A DNA stretch of 64,000 bases from Eledone cirrhosa (GCA_964016885.1 OZ024762.1:14012001-14076000); one strand, 5' to 3'. Counted from the first letter of the stretch, positions 1-14,097 are shown. Notes: generated by a model not told the origin, from the sequence alone. Numbers and translations: made by a program.

Positions 1-485
1 CGATAAAGATAACGAGAATAATTGTTATTCATGGTGCAGATGATGATGGTGATGACTATGCCGATGTTGATGATGATGATGATGGTGATGACGGTGAAGA
101 CACCGATGACGGTGGCGACGATCATGATGGAAGTGACGACGATGATGATGACTATGATGATGACGATGATGATGATTTCCAATGACGATGATGGCGACGA
201 TAAGGGTGATGATGAAGTTGATGAAATTGATGATGATGACGATGACGACGATGGCGGCGATGGTGATTAAGATGATGACGATGATGATGGCAATGATGTT
301 GATGATGATGATGATGGTGATGACGATAAGGTCGATGAATACGATGTCAGCGACGTCGACGATTAACATGATGATGATGATGATGATGATGGTGACGAAG
401 AGGTTGTTGTTAATGATGATGATGGCGGCGGCGACGATGATGATGATGACAATGACGACTACGACAACGATGACAATGATGACTT
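1..485. repeat. (GAT/GAC)n low-complexity tract. Similar tract at 20330-20790
   Basis: Directly visible. Confidence 0.95.
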
Positions 486-3400
486 AAAATATGGCGTTGA
501 CGACAATCACCTCGCACTCAATGAAATGATATTTTCTGAAGCAAATAATTATCCGATTTTTTTTTTTTTCTCCTTATTTTTCATCGTTAATCTTGTTGTT
601 ATTGTTGTTGTAGTTTCAGTTATTGCTCTCCTTTCTAATTAATCACTCTATGCCCCAGCACCCCTGAGGCAGCTGTTTGTGTGACGTGTGCCATCTCACA
701 ATATGGCGGCTATCATATGTCAAACACACCGGACACATTTTCAGCCTCTTGAAAAATCTGGATTTTTAAAAAAAATTATATATTATTTTATTTTTATTTC
801 ATAATTTTTTAATTTTATTTATTTTGTTTATTTTTAAATATTTTTAAATATTATTATTATTTTTTTTTTTTTTAGTTTTAATGTTTAAAATTTTTTCTAA
901 ATATCTTGTAGAGGTATTATGTGTGAAAATTAAACAAAAAATAATAATAACGATGTTGATAATAATAATAAGATAAATATAAATATTAATTATATATTAA
1001 TAATAATGCTGATAATAATAATATTAATAATAATATTAATAATATAATATAAAATATAAAAAAATATAATATGATATGATAATATAATAATAAAAATTAT
1101 GATAATTTATAAAATATTAATAATAATGATAATAATAATAGTATTTTGATAATAAAAATAACATTAATAAAAATGGTTTCATGATAATGATAATAATAAT
1201 AGTATTTTGATAATGAAAATAACATTAATAAAAATGGTTTCATGATAATAATAATAATAATAGTAATAATAATAATAAAAATAATAATAATAGAATGGAG
1301 AGAAATGCGACAATGATGTAACTGGAAGTAATTAGGATATTAATTATAACCATTATGGATATTAATAATTGCTGTTACTTTTTAATAACAATAGTAATGG
1401 TTTCTTTAATAACCACAAAGGGTTTACATCAAGAAAAACATTAATGACAGTACAGGACGAAAACAAAGTGTGTGTATGTTTCTGTTGGTGTGGGGTAGAG
1501 GGTCGGGTGCCATGCTTTGTAGCATAGAGTTACGGCCCTTTGTGTTCTGATTTCAAATACCGCCGAGGTTAACTTTGCCTAGCATCCTTACGGGATCGAT
1601 AAAATAAAGTACCAGTAATACACTGGGTAATTGCTGGCCTTGTGCCGAAAGTAGAAACCATTATCATAGTAATGTCTACACCAGTTAAAACTCTGATAAT
1701 CTTCATTTTTATTGGGTTCACTTTTCAATCATTTGCCTTTTCCTTCCTTATTTTCGATTTCTTTATTTTTCGTCTTTCTTTCTTTCTCTTTCTTTCTCTC
1801 TCATGCTTTCTTTCTCTCATGCTTTCCTTCTCTCTTTCTATTTTTCTTTCTTTCTCTTTCTTTCTCATTCTTTTTCTCTCATTCTTTCTTTCTTTCTTTC
1901 TCTCTTTCTTTCTTTCTATCTTTTTCTTTCTCTTTCTTTATTTCTCTCCTTCTTTCTTTCTTTTTCTTTATTTTCTTTATTTTTCTATTTATTTTTTGTT
2001 CTTTTTTCTTTCTTTCGTTCTTTCTTTCCTTTTTCTTTTTATTTTTCTTTTCTATCTTTTTTTCTTTCGTTCTCGTCCCGTTTCCTTTCGTTATTTCTTC
2101 CGCCATTTTCCAGTTCTGTATTTCGATTCCTTTTGATATATTTCTGCTAAATTAACTTTAAAATAACGACATATTTTTTTCCAGTCCCCATCACAAATAG
2201 GAACGCAGCAAATATATAAATAATGATATAAATAAATAAATAACGAAATATATAAATAATAAAATATATAAATAAATAACGAAATATATAAATAATAAAA
2301 TATATAAATAAATAATGATATAAATAACGAAATAATAAATAATTTAAAAAACGTAGAATAAACAAGATAAAAGATAAGACGAAACTCTAAAAAAAAAGAA
2401 AAAAAACCAAAACGACCGAAGAAATATCGGAAGTAATACAACAACATAAACAACAATAAAACGAACATCGTATCATATCGTGTGATATCGCATAACTTCG
2501 TGTGATCTTATACCATGCCATATACCATCGTGTGATATTGCATGACATGATACGAGGTCACTTGATGTTATATGACATTGGATATTACATCACATGACAC
2601 GGTATTATGCGACATCACACCGTTACGTGATATCACACGATGTTATGCGATATAACACGGTATCACATGGCATAATACATCACACGATACCACGAGTTAA
2701 AATCTCATCGAAGTCAACTTCGCCTTTCATCCTTCCTAGGTGTGTAAATAAAGTACCAGTAAAGTACTGGGGTTGATTCAATCAGCTTTACCCTTCCTCT
2801 GAAATTATACTGGTTTTGTGTCTAAATTAGGGATCCTTATTTCTTCTGTTTTCTTTTTTCTTTCTTTTACGTTCTGAGTTTTTAAAACCTGTTGAGACTA
2901 CTTTACTCTTTATCCTTCGGTAAATTGTTAAAACAATATACCAGTTAACTAATGGGGTTCATTTAATCAACTAACACCTTAATCACAAATTTCTGGCCTG
3001 CTGCCTGATAGAAAGAAGAAAAAGAAACTACAGCGAAAATTATATTAATGTTTCTTTGTATATTTCATATAATATTCTGGAAAGCGAAAGTAGAAAAAAG
3101 GGGTGGGGACATTAATATAAGATCGAAAAACAAACAAAAAGAGAAGAAAAATCAGACGTGAATATGAGGGAAGAATAATTCCGGATAATATAATTATTTT
3201 ATTCCTATCTAGCCATATTGAATATGATTTCGGAAGCGGAAGTGGACAGGTTAGAAGACAAATTGGTTGAAAGTTCACAGGGTCATCTACCGAAGATGAT
3301 TATTATGTGTGTGCGGTAAGGCGTGATGGGTTGCGGGTTTGTGGAAGACATATTGGTGGTATGTATATATATATATATGTATGTATATATATGTGTATGA

Positions 3401-5003
3401 ATTGGGTCCCAATTTAATTAGAGAATAAAAGTGGGGCTGGGTTTGTGAAGGGGATATAAGTAAACATTGTGGGTTTTGGTAAATAGTTGAGGTCAATGTT
3501 TGAGGTCATATTTAGACTTCAATCAATGAAGGTGTATTTTATAAGGTATGATGGGAAAACAAGATGGCCGTTTATTGTCCTATATATATTATCGTCGTAT
3601 CCGCACTTAATTGTAACATTATGGCCAACATATTATGCATCAATATTTCGTGTCACAGCCTAGTGTGGAAGATTGGCAGATTCGGTGGAGCGTCGGACAG
3701 CATGCTTTATGCCATAGAACTACGTCCCTTTACGCTCTGATGTCCGCGATGTTTATTTTTCCTTTTTTCCTTACGGGGTCGATAGAATAAAGTACCAGTA
3801 ATGTACTAGGGTCAATTTACCACAACCATCACCACCATTCACCACTACCACCACCATTCACCACTACCAAATATTTCCACAACCACCACAACCCTGAATC
3901 CGTCACCATCACCACCCACACCATCACCACCGCCGCCATCAACACCACTGTAAATCTTCAGCAATGTCATCTCCTCCCCTACAACAACAACCACAATAAA
4001 ATAAAAACACAAACGAGTTGTCAGAATCTGATTCTTTAATTTCTATAAGTTTTGAATATTTTTTGTTTTTATAAAGTATCATGAATAAATTATTAAAGAA
4101 TAAAGAAATTACATTTATTATAAAAGCTGTATGTTGAGATTTTAATCGGTAGAGCGCCGGACACCTTGTTGTGCACCAGAGTCACGACCCTTTATGTTCT
4201 GAGTTCATATGCCGCCCCCCAAGCTTAGCTTTAGCTTTCATCGTTACAAGGTCGATAAATAAAGTACCAGTGATGCACTCGGGTCGATTTAATCGACTTT
4301 CCTCTTCACCAAAATTGCTGGCCTTGTGCCTAAATCAGACACCCTCATTATAAAGGCGGTAGATGTGCAGTATAATAGGTAAAACGTCGGACAAAATAGT
4401 TTTTGGTATATTGTTACATCCCTTTACGTTGTGAGTTCTAATTGCGCCGAGGTTAGCTTTGCGATTCATCCTTACGGCGAGGGGGAAAGTCGATTAAATC
4501 GATCCCAGTGTATTACTGGTACTTTATTTTATCGACCCCCTTAAGGATGACAAGCAAAGTTAACCTCGGCGGGATTAGAACTCACAACGTAAAGGGACGT
4601 AAGTATATGCTGCAAAACATGGTGTCTGCCGCACAATTTCAATAATAATACTTTATTTTTTCGTCTTTATTTAACATTTAAAATAATTATTTTTGGGCTG
4701 TGGTTTAAATTATTAATTACATTATTTTGAAATAATTGAAAAACGGAAAATCTATTAAAAGTATGATTCGGTAATTATATTTTAACGATTCTATGTAAAC
4801 TATATTGTAATTTTTCGATTTTCTATATTCTAACTGCTTTAGTTTGTTCTACTAGCCAACGGGTTGAGGCCATGCTGGGGCATCGCCATTTTGAATTATT
4901 CTGCTATTTGTTTGTGACAAGAGAAAATATTAGGGAAAATATATATAAAATAGAATATATATCTGAATCTAACCTCGAGAAATGTTATTGATTTAACATC
5001 TAG

Positions 5004-5041
<38 letters not shown>

Positions 5042-5061
5042 ACAAATACAAATATACAAAC

Positions 5062-5094
<33 letters not shown>

Positions 5095-5165
5095 AACACA
5101 CACACATATATACATATATACATATATACATAAATACAAATATACAAACATATATATGTATATAT

Positions 5166-5422
<257 letters not shown>

Positions 5423-5489
5423 CAGTCCTAGTGAACTTGGTAGTCCACAGGAGTTCTAGAATTTAAAGTCGATAATAATAATGATAATA

Positions 5490-5521
<32 letters not shown>

Positions 5522-5723
5522 TTGCCCATCCATCATTTTTACAGAAAATATCCCCAAACGAAACGAAATTTAATTTCGTTTCGTTATTTGTTTTTATCGT
5601 CTCCGTTGAACCGGTACTTACTCACACTCTATGCAAATTAGTCTGCCCACTACTAATTTTCATAGAAAAAGCATATAACGATATGTGCTTTTACGATTCT
5701 CTAGAGAGGCCGGAAGATAGGTA

Positions 5724-5768
5724 AATATTGCTGATGAGTTGTAACAACAACGAAACTAGTTCAATATT
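5724..5768 (+). ncRNA. Minimal type I hammerhead ribozyme, copy 1
   Basis: AATATTG-CTGATGA-GTTGT(AACA)ACAAC-GAAAC-TA-GTT-CAATATT: 7-bp stem I, 5-bp stem II, palindromic stem III (ACTAGT), cleavage triplet GUU. Confidence 0.85.
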
Positions 5769-6190
5769 CCTTGTCTGGCTTTCTGGAGAATAGAGGAGAG
5801 GTGTTTCCTCAAAAACCAGTATGACTCTAAAAACCGGTTTGTCTGTGTGTTTACATACAGAATAGCTGGCCACTCACAGTAAAGTGACCAGTGAAAAAAC
5901 TTGGTACACCTACATATGTATACGTGTGAGTATTCATATACATACTAGTATTTCAGTATACATATATGGATGTACATCTTTAACTTAATTGTTTAAGCGT
6001 CAGTCATACAAAAGTGAGTTACAAACGAAACGAAATTTAATTTCGTTTCGTTATTTGTTTTTATCGTCTCCGTTGAACCGGTACTTACTCACACTCTATG
6101 CAAATTAGTCTGCCCACTACTAATTTTCATAGAAAAAGCATATAACGATATGTGCTTTTACGATTCTCTAGAGAGGCCGGAAGATAGGTA

Positions 6191-6235
6191 AATATTGCTG
6201 ATGAGTTGTAACAACAACGAAACTAGTTCAATATT
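6191..6235 (+). ncRNA. Minimal type I hammerhead ribozyme, copy 2
   Basis: Identical to 5724-5768, 467 bp downstream. Confidence 0.85.
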
Positions 6236-7424
6236 CCTTGTCTGGCTTTCTGGAGAATAGAAGAGAGGTGTTTCCTCAAAAACCAGTATGACTCTAAAAA
6301 CCGGTTTGTCTGTGTGTTTACATACAGAATAGCTGGCCACTCACAGTAAAGTGACCAGTGAAAAAACTTGGTACACCTACATATGTATACGTGTGAGTAT
6401 TCATATACATACTAGTATTTCAGTATACATATATGGATGTACATCTTTAACTTAATTGTTTAAGCGTCAGTCATACAAAAGTGAGTTACAAACGAAACGA
6501 AATTTAATTTCGTTTCGTTATTTGTTTTTATCCCCAATTTCATATCAGACAAATTTCTCATTAACTTTCACCTTCTACTCCTCCGCCTTGCCTACCACTT
6601 ATTAAACCATCACCATCATCATCATCTTTGCCTTGTCATCATTATCACCATCATTGCCATATATTATTCTTTGTCGGACGCCATGCTTCGACGCATAGAG
6701 TTACGGCCCTTGCCATTCTGAGTTCAAATCTCGCCGAGGTTAACTTTGCTTTTCATCCTTACGGGGTCGATAAAATAAAGTACCAGTAATGCGCTGGGTA
6801 ATTGCTGGCCTTGTGCCAAAAAGTAGAAACAATTATTTTATTGAGTTGTTGTTGTTGTAACTATTTTTCATTTATTGTGGTTGTGGTTGTTTTTATAAAT
6901 ATATCCCCTCATACAAAAGGAACCCCTCACTATACCGTCCTGTACTGTCCCGTACCTTCCTTATTGTCTTCTTAATGTAAGCCCTGTCTGGCTAATAAGG
7001 AAACCATTATTATTAGAATTGTTAAAATTATTGTAGTGGTTTATTATTTACCTTTCATACGTATGGGGTCGATAAAATAAAGTACCAGTAATTCACTGGA
7101 GTTGATTTAAACGACTTTCTCCTGCCTTCCCTTTAAATTGCTGGCCCTGTGCCTAAAGTAGAAACAATTATTATTATGATAAACAGAGAACAAGTGACCC
7201 ACTGGGGTTGATTTAATCAATTTTTCGCTCCCTCAAATATTCTTGGCTTTTTGCTTAACTCAAAACTGTTGTTGTTGTTGTTTCTTCTCTGAAAAGTTGT
7301 TCTTATCGGAAATATCGACAACAGATTCTGAATTTAAAGACTTAGTGACACCTCAAAGACATTCCAAAGACTTCCTGTAGTTTTGAGAATGACATATTTA
7401 CCGATATATATAACACTCTAACAA

Positions 7425-7820
7425 TTTAGTTTAAATTGCTCTCTTACACATGCCTTAAACTCTACTTTCAATTCCTCTGTCTCACAGATGTCTTAAACTC
7501 TGGTTTAAATTGCTGTCTCTTACAGATGCCTTAAACTCTGGTTTAAATTGCTGTCTCTGACAGTGCTTTAAACTCTGATTTAAATTGTGGTCTCACAGAT
7601 GCCTTAAACTCTGGTTTAAATCGCTGTCTCACAGATGCCTTAAACTCTGGTTTAAATTGCTGTCTCACAGATGCCTTAAACTCTGGTTTAAATTGCTGTC
7701 TCACAGATACCTTAAACACTGGTTTAAATTGCTGTCTCTCACAAATGCTTTAAACTCTGGTTTAAATTGCTGTTTGACAGATGCCTTAAACTCTCTCTCA
7801 CAGATGCCTTAAATTCAGGT
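7425..7820. repeat. 36-bp minisatellite, ~10 copies
   Basis: Unit ttaaactctggtttaaattgctgtctcacagatgcc. Confidence 0.9.
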
Positions 7821-8950
7821 TTGTTGTTACTCTATATAGGTGATATATTCTACTTAAAGGGACTTTTTTCTCTGTCATCTGTCTGTGTCTATCTGTGTGT
7901 GTCTAGTTGTGTTTGTGTGTCTGTGTGTGTAAATATCTTCAAAAACGGTCTCTATTTCTTAGACTTTTAGTATTCACATGTTTAACACTTCCTAACTCCC
8001 TCTATCACTCCTCTTACTCCCTCTATCACTCCTCTTACTCTCTAGCTCTCCTCTCACTCTCTAGTTCTCCTCTCACTCTCTAGTTCTCCTCTCACTCTCT
8101 AGTTCTCCTCTCACTCTCTAGTTCTCCTCTCACTCTCTAGTTCTCCTCTCACTCTCTCTAGCTCTCACTCTCTCTAGCTCTCCTCTTACTCTCTCTAGCT
8201 CTCCTCTTACTCTCCTCTTGCTCTCCTCTTACTCTCCTCTTACTCTCCCCTTACTCTCCTCTTACTCTCCCCTAGCTCTTCTCTAGCTCTTCTCTAGCTC
8301 TCCTCTAGCTCTCCTCTTACTCTCCTCTTACTCTCCTCTTACTCTCCTCTTACTCTTCTCTAGCTCTCCTCTTACTCTTCTCTAGCTCTCCTCTTACTCT
8401 TCTCTAGCTCTCCTCTTACTCTCTCTAGCTCTCCTCTTACTCTCTCTCTATCTCTCCTACCCCTCATGCCCCCCCCCCCTCTACCTTCAATCTACATCTC
8501 TATACAGTTTATTATGTAGAAACTTTTTTCTTCCTGACATTTATTTTAATATCAGGGCCGCATTTGTGGGTGGGTGTATGTATGTATGTATGTATGTAGG
8601 TGTGTGTACACGTATATATGTAGGTTGTTGTGGGAGTATTTATATAGATGTGTGTGTGTGTGTGTGTATGGATGCATATGTATATATATCTGTATGTGTG
8701 CATATGTGTATGCATGCATATGTGTGTATGTGTGTGTGTGTGCATATGTGAATGCATGCAAATGTATATATGTGTCTGTGTGTGCATATGTGAATGCAGG
8801 CATGTGTGTATATACACATATGTGCACATACACATATATATATATGTATCTATGTATATGCATACGTATATATATAGATATATAATGTGTGTGCGCATTC
8901 ATGTGTATGCATAATATATATACGTATGCGTTTATGTGTATGCATGCAGG

Positions 8951-8984
<34 letters not shown>

Positions 8985-9267
8985 GTATGCGTTTATGTAC
9001 GCATGCAGGTAATATATATATATATATATATACACACTTACAAAAAGTAAACGAGAATTACATTATATGAGGCCCATTATTTTGACATCCGTCCAAGACA
9101 TGTGTGCATAAATAATGTAGCTATCTCCAGGGGTATATATCTTTCCGGTCACTCTGGCAGACATGTTGCTCTTCTCATACCTGAGAAAATACTATGCTAC
9201 TTATTATCTCGCTCGCGTTTCTATGCATTCTTATGCGTAGATAACTGTCGATGAATCTAGTCTATTG

Positions 9268-9381
<114 letters not shown>

Positions 9382-9450
9382 GTAGTCTATTTTTCATCTA
9401 ACTATCTATCTATGTAGTCTATCTCTTCATCTATCTGTCTATCTTTCTCA

Positions 9451-9488
<38 letters not shown>

Positions 9489-9515
9489 CCGTTTGTCCCT
9501 GCCTGCCTGCCTGTG

Positions 9516-9549
<34 letters not shown>

Positions 9550-9646
9550 GATATATATGCGTGTGTATTTAAGAACATGTAGACACATATATGCGAGTTT
9601 GTGCATATATATATATATATATACATACACATTTCTAAACGTGTGT

Positions 9647-9709
<63 letters not shown>

Positions 9710-9725
9710 CAGAAGCAATTAATTA

Positions 9726-9785
<60 letters not shown>

Positions 9786-9999
9786 TAGACTCACATAATT
9801 GCGTGTGTATATATATATATATATGTATATTTATATATACACACATACACATACTTACCCGTCAGCAATAATCACACACACACACATACATACCCATCAA
9901 TAATTGTCACACACACACATATGTCCGACGAGTAAGTATCCGATTTCCGATTATATTTTTTCCCCTTTAAGTGATGTCATTAGGGAAACAAAATTGTGT

Positions 10000-10290
10000 A
10001 GAATGGCAGAATGGCGCCAAATACATTCCTGCGCATGTGTAGTTCTTGGCAAACTCTCGACTTATGTCAGATTCTGTCAGCCAACCAACTTGTGAGATAC
10101 TTTACAACTGAATCGGTGCGGTGTTGACGTCCCGCAGGTGCGCTCACCCCGAGCGGGCGTAGCTGTTTCAGAGCGTCCCTCTCTCGCCGTACTCTCGGCC
10201 AATTTATTCGCCATCTTGTCAACCTGGGGCCCAGAGGTGAAGGGTAAGATAGTTTGTGGTGGAGGATAGTCGTCCGGCCGTCACTTCCAC
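10000..10290. promoter_or_regulatory. CpG-rich candidate promoter and first exon
   Basis: Local GC/CpG rise. YY1-like aatggcgcc (~10011) and cgccatctt (10209-10217), NRF1-like tgcgcatgtg (~10030), ETS-like cacttcc (~10282), strong donor aagg|gtaaga at 10244. Confidence 0.45.
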
Positions 10291-10354
10291 ACCTGTATTG
10301 AATACATGCTATATAAGTTTATCAGAACAGTTTTGTATCTGTTTTGTAGTACAG

Positions 10355-11060
10355 ACACGAGTAGTGCAATCCCTACTTCGTCGTCGGATATAAATTTCGT
10401 CCCTGAAAAAGCGTCCCTGGGTTACTGAACACCGTGACAACTGGATATGAGACCTTTATATATAGGTAGAACCCTGAAACCAAAGCTGTCATCTCAATAG
10501 ACGCATTCAATAGTACAATTCCCACATAGTGGTCGGATATAAATGTCGTCCCTTAAAAAGGATCCTGGGTTACTGAATACAGTTCCAACTGGAAATGCGA
10601 TCTGTGTATAGGTACGAACCAGGAATCAAAGCCCAGACATCTCAGTAGAAGTGTTCAATAGTGCAGACCCTACTTATTCATCGCGTTTTAATTACGCTCT
10701 ACAAAAGATCCTGGGTTACTGAATACAGTGCGATGTGCGTATAGGTACGACCCAGGAATCAAAGCCCAGACATCTCAGTAGAAGTGTTCAATAGTGCAGT
10801 CCCTACTTATTCATCGCGTTTTAATTACGCTCTACAAAAGATCCTGGGTTACTGAATACAGTGCGATGTGCGTATAGGTACGACCCAGGAATCAAAGCCC
10901 AGACATCTCAGAAGTGTTCAATAGTGCAGTCCCTACTTATTCATCGCGTTTTAATTACGCTCCACAAAAGATCCTGGGTTATTGAATAAAGCGATAACTG
11001 GGATTGAAAGCTGTGTATGTAGGCCCAGACACCAAATCTTAATCATCCTAGTAGTAGCAT
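10355..11060. repeat. Minisatellite, ~133-147-bp unit, ~5 copies
   Basis: aggaatcaaagcccagacatctcag recurs at 10621, 10754 and 10887. cctgggttactgaa recurs five times. Confidence 0.85.
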
Positions 11061-11140
11061 TTAACGTCATCACGATCTAAAAACTACGTTGGGTAGGGAG
11101 CAAAATGAAAAAAAAAGATGCAGTTTATTTCTTTCGACAG

Positions 11141-11430
11141 ATGCCAAACTCTCCAAGCACCGGTCACTCTTCGACGGGTTCGCGGCCGTGTCTTTGGCGG
11201 TGGAGACTTCTGGTGTTCTTGGCCCTACAGCTACCTCCCTATTCAACACTATAGGCACAGACCTGGCTACCTGTAGCAGTAGAGACTTCTGGTGTCCTTG
11301 GCCCTAGGGCTACCTCCCCACTCACCACCATAGGCGCTGAGCTGGCCAGCCGCAGGTGTGAGACTCGCGAGTTGGAATGGCTCTTCCAGCGCATCTCCCT
11401 TACCATCCTCCGGAGGAAACGCTTTCTCCA
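11141..11430 (+). mobile_element. CRE-clade (RLE-type) non-LTR retrotransposon C-terminal remnant with an internal ~80-bp duplication
   Basis: AKLSKHRSL...LAVETSGVLGPTA...IG, then in a second frame ELASRRCETRELEWLFQRISLTILR. This matches the K..KY...AVET.G..G...QR.S motif order of CRE-like endonuclease ends. Confidence 0.65.
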
Positions 11431-11665
11431 TCCTGTCCGCCGGGGCCGTGGGGAGGCCAGCACGTGGGACCCCATTTGCTCACCATACGGGTTAATAGGC
11501 AAAGTTATAAACTATTGTAAATAAATATTATATTATATGTAAAAAAGAAACAAGGGTGTTGTGCATTACGAATTTGTACTAAAAGGCCAAACAGTTACAA
11601 TTGTGTATTCTCTAATTAATCTATTTCTCTAATTTACTCTATATTTTCAGCTCTCTGTGATGAGG

Positions 11666-11925
11666 TGTGAAGGCGCGTGGCTTAGAGTTTAGGGTATTCG
11701 TCTTGCAATCGTATGGTTGTGAGTTCGATTCCCGGTGGCACGTTGTGTCCTTGAGCAAGACTCTTTATTTTACGTTGCTCCAGTCCACTCATCTGGCAAA
11801 AATGAGTTGTACCTGTAATTCGAAAGACCAGCCTTGTCATATTCTGTATCACGCTGAACCTCCCGGAGAACTACGTTAAGGGTACTCCTGTCTGTGGAAT
11901 GCACAGCCACTTGCATATTAATTTT
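11666..11925 (+). mobile_element. tRNA-derived SINE family B. Other copies: 23480-23645-, 31450-31555-, 31590-31750-, 56460-56680+
   Basis: tRNA-like head ggcgcgtggcttagag...gagttcgattccc followed by ttgtgtccttgagcaagac...acgttgctcc. Confidence 0.85.
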
Positions 11926-12714
11926 AGTTGTTCCTACAAAATGAAGATGTCACTGAAATACTTCCGGTTTGAGAGCCAAATGGACAGCATAATTATAGGA
12001 AGATTCCTTTAACAATAGAAGGATCCGTGGCCCTAGTCTGTAGAAGCACAAGGGGCCAAATTCCAGGAGTGTTAAGGACTGAACCCTATCGGCTGTGTAG
12101 GGCCGGATATTTGGTAAAGGGACCTCGTATGAAAAAGCATACTTATATTTATTTATATATCTATACCGCATTAGTAGAACAATATGTGCAGCTTTGTGTG
12201 TGTTTGTGTATGTCTGTGTGTATTTGTGTATGTCTGTGTGTATTTGTTGTCGTGTGTGTATTTGTTGTCGTGTGTGTCTGTGTTTCTGTCCTTATGTATG
12301 TGTGTGGTTGTCTGTGTTTGTGTATGCGCGCGTGTGTCTGTGTGCGTTTGTGTCTTTATGTCTGTGCGATTGTATGTGTGCCTGCGTGTTTGTTTGTGTT
12401 TATGTGCGGTTGTATGTGTTTTGGTGTGTTTGTGCGTGTCTGCTTGTGTGTGTGTATGTATGATTGTATGTTTGTGTGCTCGTATTTTGGTTCCTTTGTG
12501 CCTGCGATTGTGTTTGCGTGTCTCTGTGTTAGTATGTGTGTGTCTGTGTGTCTCCGATTGTATTTGTGTGTATTTCCATGTATGTTGCCTCTTGTGTGCC
12601 TCTGATACATTCTACATTTTCTTCCTTATAGCGGACAGTTACATAATTAGCAAGGGAAACCATTGCCTCCCTCAAGGTCAAATGCAGATGTGGAAAAATA
12701 CCACAGTTATATAC

Positions 12715-12754
<40 letters not shown>

Positions 12755-12839
12755 TAAATAAATAAAATATAGAGTTATTAACTCATATTGATACGCAGCA
12801 ATTAACAAGCTCAAAGTATAAATACTGAGCATTATATTA

Positions 12840-13415
12840 CGGGGATTGGCAGTATCAGTAGAGGGTCGGACGCCATGCTTTCCAGCATAGTTACGTCCCT
12901 TTACGATCTGAGTTCAAATCCCGCCGAGGTTGACTTTGCCTTTCATCCTTACGGGGTCGATAAAATAAAGTACCAGTAATGCACTGGGTGATTGCTGGCC
13001 TTGTGCCTAACGTAGAAACAATTATATTATTAGGTGGATTGGCAGTATCGGTAGAGGGTCGGACGCCATGCTTTGACGCATAGTTACGGCCCTTGCCATT
13101 CTGAGTTCAAATCCCGCCGTGATTAACTTTGCCTTTCATCCTTACAGGGTCGATAAAATAAAGTACCAGTAATGCACTGGGTAATTGCTGGCCTTGTGCC
13201 TAAAGTAGAAACAATTATATTAATATATGTGGTGGATTGGCAGTATCGGTAGAGAGTCGGACGCCATGCTTTCCAGCATAGTTACGTTCCTTTACGGTCT
13301 GAGTTCAAATCCCGCCGAGGTTTACTTTGCCTTTCATCTTTACGGGGTCGATAACATAAAGTACCAGTAATGCACTGGGTAATTGCTGGCCTTGTGCCTA
13401 AAGTAGAAACGATTA
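12840..13415 (+). mobile_element. tRNA-derived SINE family A, three tandem ~190-bp copies. More than 25 copies or fragments in the window, e.g. 1490-1660+, 3605-3820+, 4140-4635, 6670-6835+, 13583-13762-, 22460-23325, 27830-28830-, 30354-30532-, 33330-33545-, 43670-43800-, 52025-52200-, 56980-57163-
   Basis: A-box-like tggcagtatcgg, B-box gagttcaaatcc, conserved core tttgcctttcatccttacggggtcgataaaataaagtaccagt, AT-rich tail. Confidence 0.9.
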
Positions 13416-14007
13416 TATTATTAATATATGTAGAAATAAACACAGTAAATTCTGCGTATGTATAGGAAATCTTCTAGCTTACTGTATGCTTCAGTTTAAA
13501 TATATAAAACATTTGTGGTAAAATCTACCCTCGTAATTTTAGACACAGAATTTACTGTTTATTTCTACATATATTAATAATATAATTGTTTCTACTTTTA
13601 GCACAAGGCCAGCAATTACCAGTGTACTTTATTTTATCGACCCCGTAAGGATGAAAGGCAAAGTTAACCTTGGCGGGATTTGAACTCAGATCATAAAGGG
13701 AGGTAGCTCTATGCTTCAAAGCATGGCGCCCGACCCTCTACCGATACTGCCAATCTACCACCATATATTAATAATATAATGCTTAGTATTTATACTTTGA
13801 ACTTGTTAATTGCAGGGTATCAATATGAGTTAATAACTCTATATTTTATTTGTATTTCGGCTCTCTATCTGGTGAGCTTATAAGATGAGTGTAATTAGGC
13901 TATTATTTCTAGCATAACCACTCACACCACGTGTAGCTTTCAACCCACGAGGTACATTATTTACTTCCGTGAGTTCTTGTTAGATGTGTTTTGTTTCATT
14001 TACTCTA

Positions 14008-14097
14008 ATCTCTCGCTGATGAAATGCCTAAGGATTATCTGTTACAAACACAATTTTCAGGGCGAAACAGATTAAATCTTTAGTCTGTCCGAGAGAT
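14008..14097 (+). ncRNA. Type I hammerhead ribozyme with a full stem III
   Basis: ATCTCTCG-CTGATGA-aat-GCCT...GGGC-GAAA-CAGATTAAA(TC)TTTAGTCTG-TC-CGAGAGAT: perfect 8-bp stem I, long stem III, GUC site. A 3-nt insertion precedes a weak stem II. Confidence 0.75.

Larger units (their letters stand above)
5555..6532 (+). mobile_element. 467-bp tandem dimer (2 units plus ~44 bp) with one hammerhead ribozyme per unit; retrozyme or PLE pLTR-like
   Basis: Units start at 5555, 6022 and 6489 (caaacgaaacgaaatttaatttcgtttcgtt). Only one substitution noticed between full units. tatccccaa occurs at both ends. No credible ORF. Confidence 0.8.

Noticed and set aside
640-760. YY1/CRE-like motifs (also NRF1-like at ~16768 and ~29982)
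   Set aside because: Isolated short motifs without a supported exon or CpG island.
5691-6340. Duplicated 60-aa minus-strand ORFs
   Set aside because: Non-ATG start and no motif. They are antisense to the HHR within the 467-bp unit.
7425-7820. 36-bp repeats resembling a CRISPR array
   Set aside because: Head-to-tail repeats without unique spacers, no cas genes, eukaryotic context.
11666-11740. tRNA gene
   Set aside because: The tRNA-like head continues into a SINE body and is multi-copy.
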